Position numbers and translations under genes: made by a program
Assembly (NCBI GenBank): GCA_004431415.1
Contig: QPMI01000563.1
Span: 62,001 to 126,000 of the forward strand
DNA length: 64,000 bases
From: Cyanophora paradoxa CCMP329
Lineage: Eukaryota; Plantae; Glaucophyta
Reading direction: 5' to 3'
The notes under the pieces: generated by a model
What the model saw: the letters and a program-made list of their open reading frames with translations, nothing else
What the model was told of the DNA's origin: nothing
Databases searched by the model: none
Part shown: one piece after another, positions 22,701-34,240 of the stretch
How the letters are laid out: the number at the start of each line of letters is the position of its first letter
How positions within the stretch are numbered: the first letter of the stretch is position 1

Positions 22701-25255
22701 CTCGGCGAGCCGCCGCCGGCCTCCGGCGCCCTCTCCGCCGCCCCCTCCGCCGCCTCCCTCGCCCCCTCCGCCGCCTCCCCCGACAAGGACAAGAAGGGCG
22801 CCCCCGCCCCCGCTGGCGGCCCCGCGGCACGCCGCCCCTCCTCCGCCGCCGGCGCCCCGCGGCGCCCGCCGCCGCCGCCGCCGCCGCCCGCCGCCCTCCT
22901 CTGCCGCCGGCGCCCCGCGGGGTCCGCGCGGCCGGCGGTGCCCCCGCTCGCGGCGGCCCAGCCGGCCACCCTGTCCCTCGTCGTCCGCTCCCGCGGTAGC
23001 GAGCCCTTGTCCCTCTCGGTGCGCTCTAGCCCGCGCTTCCCGCCCGCCTCCCGGATTGGCCCGACTTGAATCCCCCGCCAGGTCTCCCTCCTCGACGTCC
23101 TCGGCGTCTGGTCCGATCCGGCGGCTGCCGCCGGCGCCCATGCGGCCGCCCCCGCCGCGGGCGGCAAGGCCGCGCCGGCCGCCGGAGGGGTCAGCGCTCG
23201 CCCCCCGCGGGGGCCGCCAGCGCGCGCCCCGGGCCCTCGCCGGCCGCCACCGCGTGCGCCGCCCGCCCGTCAACCCCGTGCACCCCCCTCGCCTTATCCA
23301 GAGCTCCGCGCAGCCGCCCCGGCTCGGCTGCCGCGACCGCGCCCCAGGCCGCCGGCCCCGCCGCCATCCCCGAGGGTGCCCGGCCTCGCCCCTCGGCTGT
23401 TCTGCGGCGTGTACCCCCTTGACGCCTCCGCCGCAGAGGGCCCCATCGCGTACGAGAACACGGGCGACGCCGGCCTCGCCAAGGTCCCGCGCAGGCCTCC
23501 CCAAGGGCCCGGCGCCCCCGGCCTGACCCGCTCTCAGGCGAGGGACGTCTCGGCGGGCATGTGGACCCTCTCCCCGCCCGTCCCCGACCCCTCCGGCGGT
23601 GCGGGGCGCTCCTTCCCTGCGCCTCCTTGCCCTCATCCTGCTCTCGAACCCCGCGAGCAGACGGCTCGGAGCTGCACGCGCTGGGCGTCGCCCTGCCCAG
23701 GTCCGCCCGACGGAGACGCGCGCCGGCTCGAGCGTCCCGCGCGTGGCGGCCTGACGCGCCCCTCCCCCCCTCAGGCGAGGCGTCTTCGTTCTGAGCGTGC
23801 TCGCCGCCCGGGGGGCGGCCGGTGCGCCCCCGCGCCCTCGGCGCTCGCTGGGGCCCTCACGCCGCGACCGCAGGGGAGCCGCAGCGCCCCCCGACGGGCC
23901 CCGGGGCGGGGAGGAGGCCGGCCTCCCCGCCGGGCGCCCCCGCCGCACACGCGCCCGTGCCCGTCCTCTCCTACCTCGTCTACGTCGAGCGCGGTGCGCC
24001 CCGTCCTCCCTCCCGCGCGCACTCGAAGCTGGGCCCGACGCCGGGGGCGGGGGCGCAGGGGTCGAGGGCGCGATCCCGTTCTTCCCGCAGTCGGCCAAGG
24101 GCGCGTCGCCGGCCTGGGCGGTCCGCTCCGGGGTCGAGCCGGCGTCCAACCCCGTCGCCCGCTTCGACTGGTGGGGCCTGCCCCCGGCCCCCGCCCCCGG
24201 CGCCCCCGCCCCGCCCTTCCCGCCCTGCCCCGCCCCCGCCATCCCTCTCGACTTCCGCACCCGCCGCCAGGACACGCAGGCGAGCTGCCCCCGCGCTCCC
24301 GCTCTCGTGCCCTGCTGAGGGTTCTGCCCCCCTCGCAGCTCGCCCTCGAGCTGATCAAGGATCCCCCTCCTGGCGTCCCCGCCAGCGCGGTGTACCCCCT
24401 GCCGGAGGGGTACGTGCGGCAGCCTCACGCGCCGGCGCGGGTGGTGGTGCGGGCCTCGGCGGCGGCGGCGGGGGCGGGGAGCGCCCTGGCGCGCCTGCGC
24501 CGATTCCCCGAGCCGCCGTACACTGCCTGGCTCCACAGGCACGCCCCGCCCCCGCCTCTATCCCCTGCCCCGGGGTCCACCGGCTGAGGGGGGCGCGCGC
24601 GCAGGTTCGAGGTGGCGCTGCCGGAGGCGGGGAGGTACACGGCGCGGCTGCTGGCGGGCCCGCCGGGGGGCCCGCTGCAGGCGGCCCTCGTCTACGAGAT
24701 CGCGGTGCCGCACGAGGCGGCCGAGGGCGCGGCCTGCGGCCCGGGCGCCTTCTTCCCGAAGGAGCTCCACCCCGCCGCCGCCGGCCTCCGCGCCATCGCG
24801 CCCCTCCGGCGCGCCATCTCCGTCGCCGCCGCGCCGACGGCGCCCGGGGACAAGGCGGCGGCGGCGGCGGCGGCGAAGGCGGCGGAGGCCGGCGTCGCGG
24901 TCCCCTTCGAGGTCTTCGCGGGGGAGAGCGCCGGCGTCGCCGAGCTGCATGTCACCGCCGGCAGCATGGCCCAGCCCCTCAAGCCGAAGGTGCCCCCTCC
25001 CCCTCCGGGCCGTTGCGGGCCCTCCCCGCCCCGCCCCGGGGGGCTAAGGGGCGGGCAGCGGGTGGAGGGCGGGACGGTGTACGCGGGGACGGTGACCCTC
25101 ACGAAGGCCCACGCCGGCCCCCTCCAGGCGCGCCCCCTCCAGACCAGGACTTTTCGCTACCCGCCTGACGAACCTCCCCCCGCCAGATCGTGGTGAGGAA
25201 GGCGGGCGAGAAGGAGCCTTTCACGCCGGCTTTCGAGTACACTGTGGCCGTCTGA
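19781..25255 (+). CDS. Kyphoscoliosis-peptidase/hillarin-type transglutaminase-like protein with long C-terminal beta-rich region
   Basis: Exons DPEVYADLYRELAWRAGLRVVK, RLAWCLVDVDGAWR, CVDTCWGAG, YDDFW, YCTPPELFALSHLPDDP match the KY/CYK3 TGase-like layout. Start inferred from ATG 19781 plus a phase-compatible intron; TGA at 25253-25255. Confidence 0.7.
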
Positions 25256-25892
25256 TCGTGAGGCTTAGGCCCGTGCCTCTGGCCAAGGGACCACTGCTCT
25301 ATGCATAGCTTACAATTCTAGATCTGTATGTTGTTTAGCGCGTAAAGTATTCGAATTCATCGATCTGTTTTTGAACCTCATAATGCAATGCGTTTGATCG
25401 CGATACGTGATGTTCAAAGCTCTAGACGCAATTTACAAAGCATCGCGGGCTAGACGAGCTAAGGGACGGACTAGATCGCTTCCCACAAGCGAAAGGGGCG
25501 GATTGGGCCGTACGCTCGCCTACTAGTATTGCAGCTGGGAGCTGAGCGCAGTGCGCGCTTCGGCTGCCCGAAAAGGACCCTGTGCACGTGTACGCAGCTG
25601 CAACAATCTACCTTGGCGCGGCCCCCGCCCCGCCGGGTCCCGCCGCCTGCTGCTGCCGCGTCTCCGTCCGAAGGAGACTCGAGCTCCCGTTCCCGCCCGC
25701 AGCGCCGCCCGCAGCTGCGCGAGTGGTTCCTTGAGCGAAGGCCGATGCCGCACATGTACACATCACATCCTGGGCCGTGACGCACACTGAGCGGGCGGAG
25801 GGACGCCCTGGTGCTCGGCGAGCAGGCCCCCGAAGTCGACGCCCTGACTGGAGAGCCTCGCGTGCAGGTCCTTTGTCTGCCGCTTCGAGTTC

Positions 25893-25962
25893 GCCGCCTC
25901 CTGCAGGCGCGGACCGGGCGCCGTCAGATCAGCCGCCTCCTGCAGGCGCGGACCGGGCGCCG
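25893..25962. repeat. 31-bp direct repeat pair
   Basis: GCCGCCTCCTGCAGGCGCGGACCGGGCGCCG at 25893-25923 and 25932-25962. Confidence 0.85.
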
Positions 25963-26160
25963 CGGGTGCACCCGCAAATAGACAGCTCGTTTCTCCATAG
26001 CTTTAGCAATAAAGCTGTCACGGCGAGCAGCGAATTCCTCGCTCTCCTCCTCCTCTTCGTGCTCGCTCTCCTCCTCATCGTCCTGCTCGCTGCTCGCCGG
26101 CATCACCGCGTCGGGCTGATCTTCGTGCGCATCCCCTTCGCGCTCCTGACGCGCTGCCAT
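25924..26160 (-). CDS. Possible small acidic hypothetical protein (first exon?)
   Basis: ATG-initiated ORF with Glu/Asp tract (EQDDEEESEHEEEEESEE); no recognisable domain. Confidence 0.3.
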   Translation of the reverse strand: MAARQEREGDAHEDQPDAVMPASSEQDDEEESEHEEEEESEEFAARRDSFIAKAMEKRAVYLRVHPRRPVRACRRRLI

Positions 26161-26763
26161 GCTCTACTTGCTCAGCGGCTTGCTCCAAATTGCTCGAGCT
26201 CGAGGGGGTACGGGAGACTTCGTGCGCTGCCGTTCAGCTCAGCTGACTCCGGGCTAGCTCGGCAAACCTACGCGCGCATGTGCATGCATATGCGGGTGTG
26301 GGCCCTCGCTTTCGTGAGGACGCGCGGGCGCGGGCACGAGAAGTTCCTCAACGGGGCCTTCGCGACCCTCCGGGATCCGAGGCTCGCGATCGCGGGGGCG
26401 CCGGCCGCGGGGCGCCGCCCCCGCCGGGCGCCCTGCTCACCCACGGCCGCGTCGCCCGGCTAATAGGCCGGGCCGCCGTCGTGGGCCGCTGATCGCAAGC
26501 CACCGGCGACGAGCTCGAGGGGGCCCGCTCTAGGCCTAGGCTTGGAGGCAGGACCAGTTAGATTCCTGCGAAGTGAGCGCGTTTTGATTCAACTAGTACT
26601 AGTACTGTTCCCGGTCCTGATTCAAATGTAAGCTTAAGATCTAGAGCACGTTAGCGTTATAGCATTGTAAATGGAGCTGGCCTCGATTGTAGTCTAATAA
26701 AATCGGAGAGTGGGTGAACCTGAAGTGCGCGCGGCTCAGGCCTAGGGGAGATGGCAGCGAGAG

Positions 26764-28682
26764 CTAGAGCTGGGGGACGGGGAGGAGGGGGGCGAGGGCG
26801 AGGGCGAGCGGGGCGATGGTGGCGGCAGCCGAGGCGGCGCCGAGGGCGGCCCATAGGCGGCGCGTCGCCGGCGGCGGCTCCGGGATCTGCCGGGGGCGTC
26901 GCCGGGGGGATGGAGAGGCCAGGGGGGCGGGAGGGGCGGGGCGCGCCTGGAGGAGCTCGGTGCGGCGGCGGGCGTCGGGGGCGTCCCACCCGGCCACGAT
27001 GCCCGGCACGTGTCCCGCCCCCACCACACCCACGATGCTCCGGCACGGCAGCGACGCTGCCGGGGCGGCGGTCAGGCCGGGCGGAGGCCGGGGCGGGGCC
27101 GCGGGGGGCACCGCGGGAGTAGCGGAGGGACCAGACGAGGTACGTGTCGCGCTCGGCGAGTAGGACCCTCTCCAGCGGCGGGCACCTGCGGGGGACCGCG
27201 TGGTTGTGGGGACGGAGGGGAGGATGGGGGGGTCGGGGGGCATGCGTACCACTCTCTGAGGCTGCGGATGGCTTCCTCCACGCGGAGGTCGGAAGGGCCC
27301 TGTACCCCTTCCGCCGCCTTGCCCTGCGTGCGGATTGGAGGGCACAACGTTTGGGGTACGGGCTCGATCCGGGGCACGGACCGACGCGATGGCTTTGGAC
27401 ATTGCGCCGGTCAATGCGAGGAGCTGCGGGGAGGGGTGAGAGGCGGAGAGGGGTTCGGGGTCCGAGGGCGGCGGGCCTGGCGAGGGGAGAGGGACGCCAC
27501 GAGGCGCCTGAAAGTGATCTGCGGAGGGCGGGCGGCGCGTCGGAGGCGGCGGCGCGGGGCGGCGCGCACGCGCGGGCCTCCAGGGGGCGATCGCCAAGGA
27601 TGATCTCCGCGTCCTGCGGCGGGCTTTCAGTGTGACTCCTCACGCCCCTCGGGGGAGCGCCCGCACCAGCGCCAGCGCCTCCTCCGCGGCGGCTCGGAAC
27701 TCCCCTCCGGCGCTCCTGTGCGGAAAGTCGCTGGGCGCGGCGCGGCGCGCGAAGGCGATGCACGAGGCTGCCGCATCGGCGCACCGGCCGGAGGCGGCGG
27801 CGGCCGTGCCCTGGACCGCCCCGACCAGCAGCGCGGCGAGGGCGGCCTGCCGGCGGGTCGGGCCGGCGCGGCGGGCGGGCCCGAGCGGGGGCGGGCGGGT
27901 CGGCACCGTCGGGCCGAACTTGCGGAACGACGCGAGCGCGTCGGCAACGTTGAGCCGCGGGCGCGACGGGCCCGCCGCCGGCTCCACGCCCTCGCCCTCG
28001 GGCGGGAACATCGTCGCCACGCGGCTGCGGCACAGCTCTGCAGGCGCGGCCGGCGGCGTCGGTGGACGCGCAGCGCCCGAAGGGTCGAAAACAAACAGGG
28101 AGCGCACCGACGACCACCGCGTCGGGCTGCACGCTGCGCATGACCTGCAGTGCGCGGGGATCGCCTATGAGCGGTCTCCGTGCACACGCAAGAGCTCCAA
28201 GCAGAGGCGCACGCGGCGGACGTCGTCCGCAGAGGAAGGGGATACGTGTGACGTTCCGACCACGTAGAACGTGCGGCCGAGCTCGGGGTCCTGCGCGAAG
28301 GCGGATCAAATGTTAGCGTGCGCGCGACTTTTCGCTAACATTTGAGCACCTGCAGCACAGTGAGCACGCCGTTAGCTAACAGGTCCGACAGCTCCCCAGA
28401 GACCATGATCTCGTCAGGATCTCGTCTCGCCGGGCGGAGAGGCCGTCGGCGAAATTGCAGCAGCTCCTCGCGTGGCGGCGTCGCGGGCGGGCTGTCGCTC
28501 TCGTGAACGCCGCCACCTGCGGAGGCGACGGCCGCCTCGAACGTCCGAGGCGCTCGGCGCGGACGCGCACGCGGCTGAACTCGGATCGCCTGTGAGCGGT
28601 CTCCGTGCACACGCAAGCTTAGCCGGAACGGCTCTCTGCCGACGAACGGCGCCGTGAACGTCGGCGCGAGGAAGGCCGCCAT
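26764..28682 (-). CDS. TraB/PrgY-domain protein with plastid-type transit peptide
   Basis: Starts MAAFLAPTF; YVVGTSHVSPSSADDVRR, VQPDAVVVELCRSR, GGEFRAA, IILGDRPLE-ITFRR, LLAERDTYL, IVGVVGAGHVPGI; hydrophobic C-tail. Confidence 0.9.
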
Positions 28683-28884
28683 TGCAGATAACGCCGTGTA
28701 CCCTGGTTCGAGCTAGTCGCTTGGCCGCTGGGCCTGTACCAGCCTGTCCGCACGCATCGGCAGAAGCGTCACATTGGCCCGTCTCGGTGACGACCGCTCG
28801 TCCCCTGGCGATCAATTCGACTTCACAACGCCTAGCGCGATCTGCCGCCGTCGTAGCTAGCGATCGCTGGAGCAACACGATCAG

Positions 28885-31399
28885 ATGGACAATAGAGAGC
28901 AAGTAACGGCAGAATTCAACCTACGGGGCTCGAGGCCGCTCCTGTGTTCGAGCGACGCCGGCGTGTCCCCGTCGGCCCGCCGGCGCCGAGACTCCCGAGA
29001 GTCAAATCTGGCTTGCAGAGCGCTTGTTTGCCAAGATGCAGACCCTGACGCCCGTGCCCACTGCCGGGTTCGCATCCCCAGTCCCGAGGACCTGCATTCG
29101 TGGTCAGAGCATGAGCCGGCATCCGCCGCGGCGCAGTCGACGTCGCCTTCCGTTCACAAGCCCCGCCGCGGGGCTGTCCGGCGGGGCACGGCCCTGCAGC
29201 TGGCGGGGCGGCCTCTCGCGCTCCTCGCGCTCCTCGCCCTTCGCGGCGCAGCTCTCGCCGTGGTCGCAGACGCCGCCGGTGAGCACGCGTACCCCTCCCA
29301 TTCTGCGTCGCTCGCTTTGCTGATCGGGGGTGCGCGACCCGACTGCTGCCTCCTCGCCCGGCCGTCCCGCGCACAGCGTGTGCGCGCGGCCCCGCCCGCC
29401 TCCCCTCCAATTCCTCATCTCCTCGCCCCGCGCAGACCACCTGCCTTCCGGCACCGACCTCAATCCGCCCGATCACGTCCACCGCCCGTGGTCTCGAGCC
29501 CCGGGTCCGACCCCGCCCTGCGCCCCCCCCGGCCCCTCCTTCCCCCTTGGCTTCTCATCCCCTCCCTCTCCCCCCCGGACAGTGACCCTCGAGATCGGCC
29601 TCGCTGTCCCGTACTCCGAATTCGCCGAAGCTTTCCCCTCCTCTGACCTGCGGTGCGGGGCGAAGGGGATATTTTCTGCAAAGGCGCCGCGTACCCTGAC
29701 TCGCCTCTCACCCGCAGCCGTGCGGAGCGGGTATTGAGTCGCGAGCTGGAGGCGGTCCTGGGGACGGGCTTCTCCTGGGAGGTCCTCAGGATTGTCCGGA
29801 GCAAGGCGAGCGCCGTACCCCTTCTCCTGCTTTCGTGCCGTCTGACTGCCCCCCAGCCGGACCCCAACGCTCCCCCCCAGGACGGTACAGAGGCACGCTG
29901 CCCGTTACGTCCCCTACGCCGCGCGGCTCCCGAATCCCGTACCCAGGTTGACGTGGCGCTGGAACCTTCCTTTTTCGCGGGCGCCCGCGCCGCCCTCCTG
30001 CGCACCCAGGCACGCGCCCCCTGTGCCCTGTACCCCTCTCCCGGCCCCTCTTGACGCGTCGCTGCAGTCGCTGGCGGGCGCCCCGCTTCTTTTCGCCCGC
30101 TGCGGTTCGACCGAAGCGTGCGGCGAGAGCGCCGCCCTAACCCCCAAGGTGCGCGAGACGAGGCCAGCCCCAGCCGCCCCGCCCGCCGCCCCTTGGTGAC
30201 CGCGGAAGTGCGGGAAGGCGGCGGGCGGAGGGGAACCTGCAGACGACGCGAGCGCTGTCCGCCGCGTCATTATGGGCGCAGCGATCGGCGCCGGTGCGGT
30301 CCGAGCGCGAGGTCTTGAGCCGCTGGGCCTCGCAGCCGCTGATGGGGAGCGTGCGGCCACGCCAGGGATCGGCGCCTGCATCGCGGTGTTCTTCGCGTAC
30401 CACAGGCGCCAGCACCGCCTCGCCCTCCAGCGGGTGCACCCCCCTCCCTCCTCCCCTCCCCCTCCCTTTCCGCTTCGTCCCCTGAGGGGCGGGCGGGGCG
30501 GGGCGCAGGTGATGGGGGCGGCGGCGCACATGCCGGCGGCGCGCCTCGCGGTGGCCCACGCCCTCGCTCGCCACAGGTGCGCCCCCCGCGACTCGTGCAG
30601 GCACGTGCTTGCATGGCAGCTAGCTCGGGCCTCCTGGAGGCCTCTCTCTAGCGGGCCCCGCTCCCCTCTCGCCGTCCCTCCAGAGGTTGGGGCAGGGGAT
30701 CGTGCCCTCGCGTCTCCCGCCTGCCTCGAGGGCGGGCCTTCAGCTCACCGCCCCCGCGCAGCCTCGAGCGCGCCCTCGACTCCTCCCCCCGCTCCCCTCC
30801 CGGCCCCGTGCGCCCAACGCCCCCCCCCCCCCCCCCCCGCCCCCCCCCACCCCCACCCCCCTCCTTTGCTGACCGCGAGGGGTGGGTGGCGTGCAGGCGG
30901 CTGTGCTACCCCCCTGCCCGTCAGGGAAGCGAAGGCAGGAACCCCACCCCCACCCCCCACCTCTCTGGGGCCTTGACAGGGCGCGGGCGCAGCTGGTGAC
31001 GGGGCCGGACGGGCACGCCATGCATATGCTCGCTTTGGTCGCTTCCGCCACGAACCGGCCCTCGGCGGCGCCCTCGCCCTCGCGCCACGCGGGCGGCGAG
31101 GAGGGCGGCAGCGTGGCCGAGCCGCCTTCCTCCCCCGCCGCGGAGCCGGCGCAGGCGTGCACCTGGCTGGAGGTCGCCTCCCTGCCGGGCTCCCCGGACT
31201 GCGCCCCCGCGGGCCCTCGCCCCGCCCGCCCCCGCCCATCGCGAGGGGCGGCGACGCGCCTCTCGCCGCGCCGCCCGCCCGCCGGGTGTACGGGCACCTC
31301 CCGCCGCTGACGAGCTCGCCCGAGCCGGCCTCGCTCGAGCTCGAGGCGGCCCCCGGCGAGACCGGCACCCCGCGGCCGGCCGGCGGTCGCGAGGCGTGA
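28885..31399 (+). CDS. Hypothetical multi-exon membrane protein
   Basis: ATG 28885, hydrophobic segments LLALLALLALRGAALAVV and IGACIAVFFAY followed by HRRQHR, typical introns; no family recognised. Confidence 0.4.
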
Positions 31400-31722
31400 C
31401 CGGCCCTCGACGAAGCACCGGGCGCCCACGTGCTACGTATGCGGCATCTCGAGTTGACCCAGCTGAATCGAACAGGATACATTTCAACTCATTACTAGTT
31501 AGACGCGCGCATAGCTATAGCTAGCTTAGGTGGCCTTGTCCATGACTCCTCAGGTGTATACAGAGCTTAATATAAATAAATCTGCAGGCGAGATACAGTG
31601 AAAGGCGCGCGCATCGATCTCAATAACCTCTTCCTGGGCTATAGCTAGCGCTCAAGCTCGCAGAAGATTCGGAGAAACTCGAAAACTAAAAATGCAATCG
31701 AAAAGAGAGGCGGGCTGGCGAG

Positions 31723-33814
31723 CTAGCGCTGGGCGCCGCCGCCGCCGCCCCCGCCGGGGGCGCCGAAGACGTGGTGGAACTTGGAGGTGGAGGGGGCGAA
31801 GAGCGTCAGCAGCTCCGTCATCGTCACGATCCCCACCGGCTGGCCCCGCGTGAGCGCCCCAAAGGGGAGGGGAGGGAGGGGGGTCGGGCGGGGGGCACCT
31901 TGTGGTGCTCGCAGATGAAGATGCGGTGGATGTGGTTGTTCACCATCATCTGCCGCCCCCGCGCCGGCCGCCGCATAAGGGCTCTCAATGCCCGCCCACG
32001 CCCGAGAAAGGAGGCGAGCCCGGGAGAGCTCTGAGAGCCTCTAGAGCCTCGAGAGCGTTTTGAGCGCTCGACGGGACCGAGGCGCCGCTGGGAGGAGGGG
32101 CGAGGAGGGCGGGGGGCGGGGCGCACGTTGGCGGCGTCGAGGACGGTGGCGGAGGGCGTGCAGTAGTGGATCGCCCCCAGCGCCGACGCCGCCCGCGCCG
32201 CGTGCACCAGCGGCAGGTCTGCACAGCGTCGCCGGCGGCGGAGAGAGAAGGGAGAGGGGGCGGGGAGGGGGCACATTCGGCGATGGGGAGGCTCAGGGCC
32301 CGCAGGCCGACCTCGGGGAGGGCCCTGGCGCGGAAGAAAGGTCAGAGCTCCGCTGGAGGCGGGCCGCCGGAGGGCCCGCCAGGCGATGCCGGGAGCGCTG
32401 TGAGGGCCGGGGCCGGGGCCGGGGCGGGGCGCACCGGACGTCGGTGGCGCTGAGGATGTCGATCAGCTGGCCCGAGTCGTTCACCTGCCCCCGCCCCGCC
32501 CCGCTCACCCGCCCGCCCCCCCTCTGCGGCCCCGCCTGCGGGCTCTAGCGGGGAGCGGGGCGCGCACGATGCCGATCGTCGAGTGCTTGCGGGCGTGCAT
32601 GATGTCGAACCCCAGCAGCGCCGGCACCTGCGCATGCGCGGCGCGCCGGCGAGTCTGGCGGGAGTGTCTGAATCTCTCGTTCCGAAGATTGGCGCGAACC
32701 CCGGCCCGGAGGACAGCCACGCTGTGGTACCCCACTTGAGAGAGCCGCATTGAGAAGATCTGCTGCAGGGCCTCCTGCAGAGATGCGGGAACGGGATAAG
32801 AAAGGGGTGCGGAAAGGGGCAGGGAGAGGGCACGGACCTGCCCGTGGGCAATGAGGTACTTCAGCACGTCCGAGTGGGAGAGGATCTCGTGCTGCGGGGG
32901 GTACGGCGCGCTCAGGCGGAGAGTTGGCGGTTGGGGGAGGACGAGCCCGCACGTGGATCGAGGGGCCGCCGCCGGTGCGCGGGGCGATGAGGACGCGGCC
33001 TGTACCCCTCGCGAACCTGTCCACGATGGCCTCCAGGGGGTCCCCGTTCTCCACGAGGACCTGCGCCGCGCGCTCCTTGGCGTCCCGCCGCCCCCCTCGC
33101 CCCGGGCCCCGGGGCGCGCGCGCTGCGGACCTCGCTGGCGTTGAGGATCGGGTTGCTTTTGAGGTACTCCTCCAGGCGAACGTTCAGCAGCTGCGCGTCC
33201 TTCGCCAGGAGGTCCCCGTCGAACACATCGATCTCCTCCTGCGTCCAGCGCTCGAATCCGGGCCAAGGCCTTCTTTGAATGGGGCGGGGAGGGCCCGGGA
33301 GGCGGGGGAAGGGGTAGTGCACCTTGCTGAGGAGCTGCTGGACGGAGGGCAGGGACATGAGGAGGGGGAGGCACTCGGCCGGCTGCATGAAGCCGAGGTA
33401 CTTCTTGCGGAGCTGGATCGGAACTGTGCGCGCGCGGCGGGGATCAGTGCAACCGCCGGCCGGCGTCGCCGCGCGGGGCGAGCTCGAGCCGTCATGCTTG
33501 AGGGGCGGCGAGGCGAGGCCGGGCGCGGGCGGGCGCACAGTAGATCGGGATGGCGGAGAGGTGGTTCCGGTGCATCTTCTCGAGGGCGTCCCGCACCGTC
33601 TCGTCCCGCGTGCTCACGTCTGCCACCGGGCCGCGCGCGCGTCGGCCGCGGGCTTCGCGCCGTGCGACGGCCGCAGCGCGCCGAGCCTCGCGGGCGCCGA
33701 CGCACCGACCACGGCTCGAACTTTTGAGTGCTTGACGACTTTCACCTGCTTGTCTGCGGGCGGCGACCGAAACGCGTCAGCCGCAGCGCAGTTTGCGTCG
33801 CGCCGACCGGGCAT
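31723..33814 (-). CDS. CBS-domain protein (SNF4/AMPK-gamma/Sds23-like)
   Basis: MHRNHLSAIPIY..KKYLGF, EILSHSDVLKYL, GFDIMHARKHSTIGI-VNDSGQLIDILSATDV, MMVNNHIHRIFI..PVGIVTMTELL, i.e. four CBS repeats. Confidence 0.85.
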
Positions 33815-34240
33815 CGTCTCGGCCTAAACCCCTCTTGCGAACGATCGAGTGCACTCTGTCTAAGCTACGGCCGCGACGCCCCGTGCAGGGAGCAGCAGCC
33901 GGATCCTGCAGGCGGCGCCGCTGCCGCGCTCGCGCTGCAGCTAGCCTCGTTGGTATTATAGCTACGTGGCGGCGCTGGAACGGGTCCTAGAGATCGCACG
34001 GCCGCCACGCACCGCGAAAAAACTCCCGCAAGCGCTCCACCAGGCTCATTTGCGGCGGGCCAGACGGCTCCGCCATCCTGAGCCTGGCTTTAAAGAAACA
34101 GGCCTCGCGGCGGCGGCGCAGCCCACCGGCTTTTGGCCTCGTCGGACGGGTACGCGTGTGTGACACCGCCAACAACAGCGCGGGCGGGCCAGCGGGCCAG
34201 ACTAGGCGCCAGACGGGCGCCAGGCGCAAGCGGAAGCGCC

